NCBI GenBank assembly: GCA_009914755.4
Contig: CP068257.2
Span: 36,128,001 to 36,192,000 of the forward strand
Direction: 5' to 3'
DNA length: 64,000 bases
Source: the human T2T-CHM13v2.0 reference genome, Homo sapiens
Positions 63,176-64,000 of the stretch are shown piece after piece. The notes under the pieces are model-generated. The model did no database searches and was not told the DNA's origin. It worked only from the letters and a program-made list of their open reading frames with translations. Both the position numbers and the translations under genes were made by a program. Position 1 is the stretch's first letter. The number at the start of each line of letters is the position of its first letter.

Positions 63176-64000
63176 CAATTTGAACTCTCTCTGAATGTAT
63201 CCCTGTTCCTAATCAATGCATAATCTTATACCCATTTCATGGCTTTGCTCCACAGGCCCAGAGCTCTGTTGGGAGACATGGTTGTGCCTTGGAGCCTCCC
63301 TTAGGACTGACAAGTAGATGTGGCAGTAGCCTGCACCTCCATGTACTGCCAGGGTCTGGGAACCAACCAGGCATCCAGGGTTCAGATAGGGGGCGAGCAT
63401 GTCCTGGTGTGACATGCAGGGAAAGTTGGCAGAGGATATGTCCTGGGTGCTACCAGCCACTTATGGCCAATTGTGACCCTCTCTTCTAGAAAAATATTTC
63501 CTCTGCAGAATTCAAGGTAGCCACACCTCTACTATAGGATAAGATTAGCATTAATTGCTTAAATTATTCTATGAATTTAATAATAAACAGCAACCTGTTA
63601 GTGTGATAACCCCCAAATACATTTTAACAGAATACCTAACGAAATCCGTGGAATTTGTCCTGTTGTAGGGCATACGAGCAAGGTGTTAAAAGTGTCAATC
63701 ATAACATTGTGCATGATCTCAAATGGGCTGATTATTTTGGTCCTGGGCTATCAAGTTAGCTTTGCCATATTATTCTGAGAAATGGAGCTAAAGAACCATA
63801 ATCTGCCTTAAATAAAAGTCACAGGCAAGAATAACACTAAAAGTTAGATGGCCTGTTGAAAACTTGAATGGAAAACGTTAGCAAACATCCTACCACCTCC
63901 TCTCAGAAATGCACAAAGATACATGAATCATCCACTTGATGAAGTTATGCCTGGCCTTGAGTGCACTTTAAAAAAGATAGCAGCTAATCCAATAATAACG

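Overview
This window is primate (human-like) nuclear DNA, not a prokaryotic gene neighbourhood. It is repeat-dense, non-coding-looking sequence of the kind found in a large intron or intergenic region. Recognisable elements are Alu SINEs with poly-A/T tails and target-site duplications, L1 LINE fragments, MaLR-type solo LTRs, MIR/L2 relics, hAT-type MITEs and several microsatellites and minisatellites. Almost all the ORFs in the six-frame track are chance reading frames, repeat artefacts or decayed L1 ORF2. The only protein-coding homology I can support is L1 ORF2. This includes a 5'-truncated ~2.9 kb L1 on the minus strand at 29778-32706 carrying the C-terminal 60% of ORF2 broken by frameshifts.

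The observations worth a second look are:
- a 1.3 kb minisatellite (38-bp unit with a 31-bp deletion variant) organised in higher-order blocks of ~260-330 bp at 11868-13160;
- a 760-bp compound GT-rich repeat with ~200-bp higher-order periodicity at 16522-17280;
- an L1 insertion with the classic twin-priming 5'-inversion and a 12-bp target-site duplication at 19106-19397;
- two hAT-like MITEs with 8-bp target-site duplications, plus a local ~170-bp duplicated segment, at 20.8-23.2 kb;
- an unexplained ~300-bp inverted-repeat pair enclosing ~1.9 kb at 54703-57206;
- nested young-in-old LINE and Alu insertions;
- a strong plus-strand orientation bias of the MaLR LTRs.

I could not demonstrate any cellular gene, RNA gene, CRISPR array or prokaryotic system. 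Family and subfamily names are from memory of consensus sequences and should be confirmed with RepeatMasker/Dfam. Coordinates are approximate (±10 bp).
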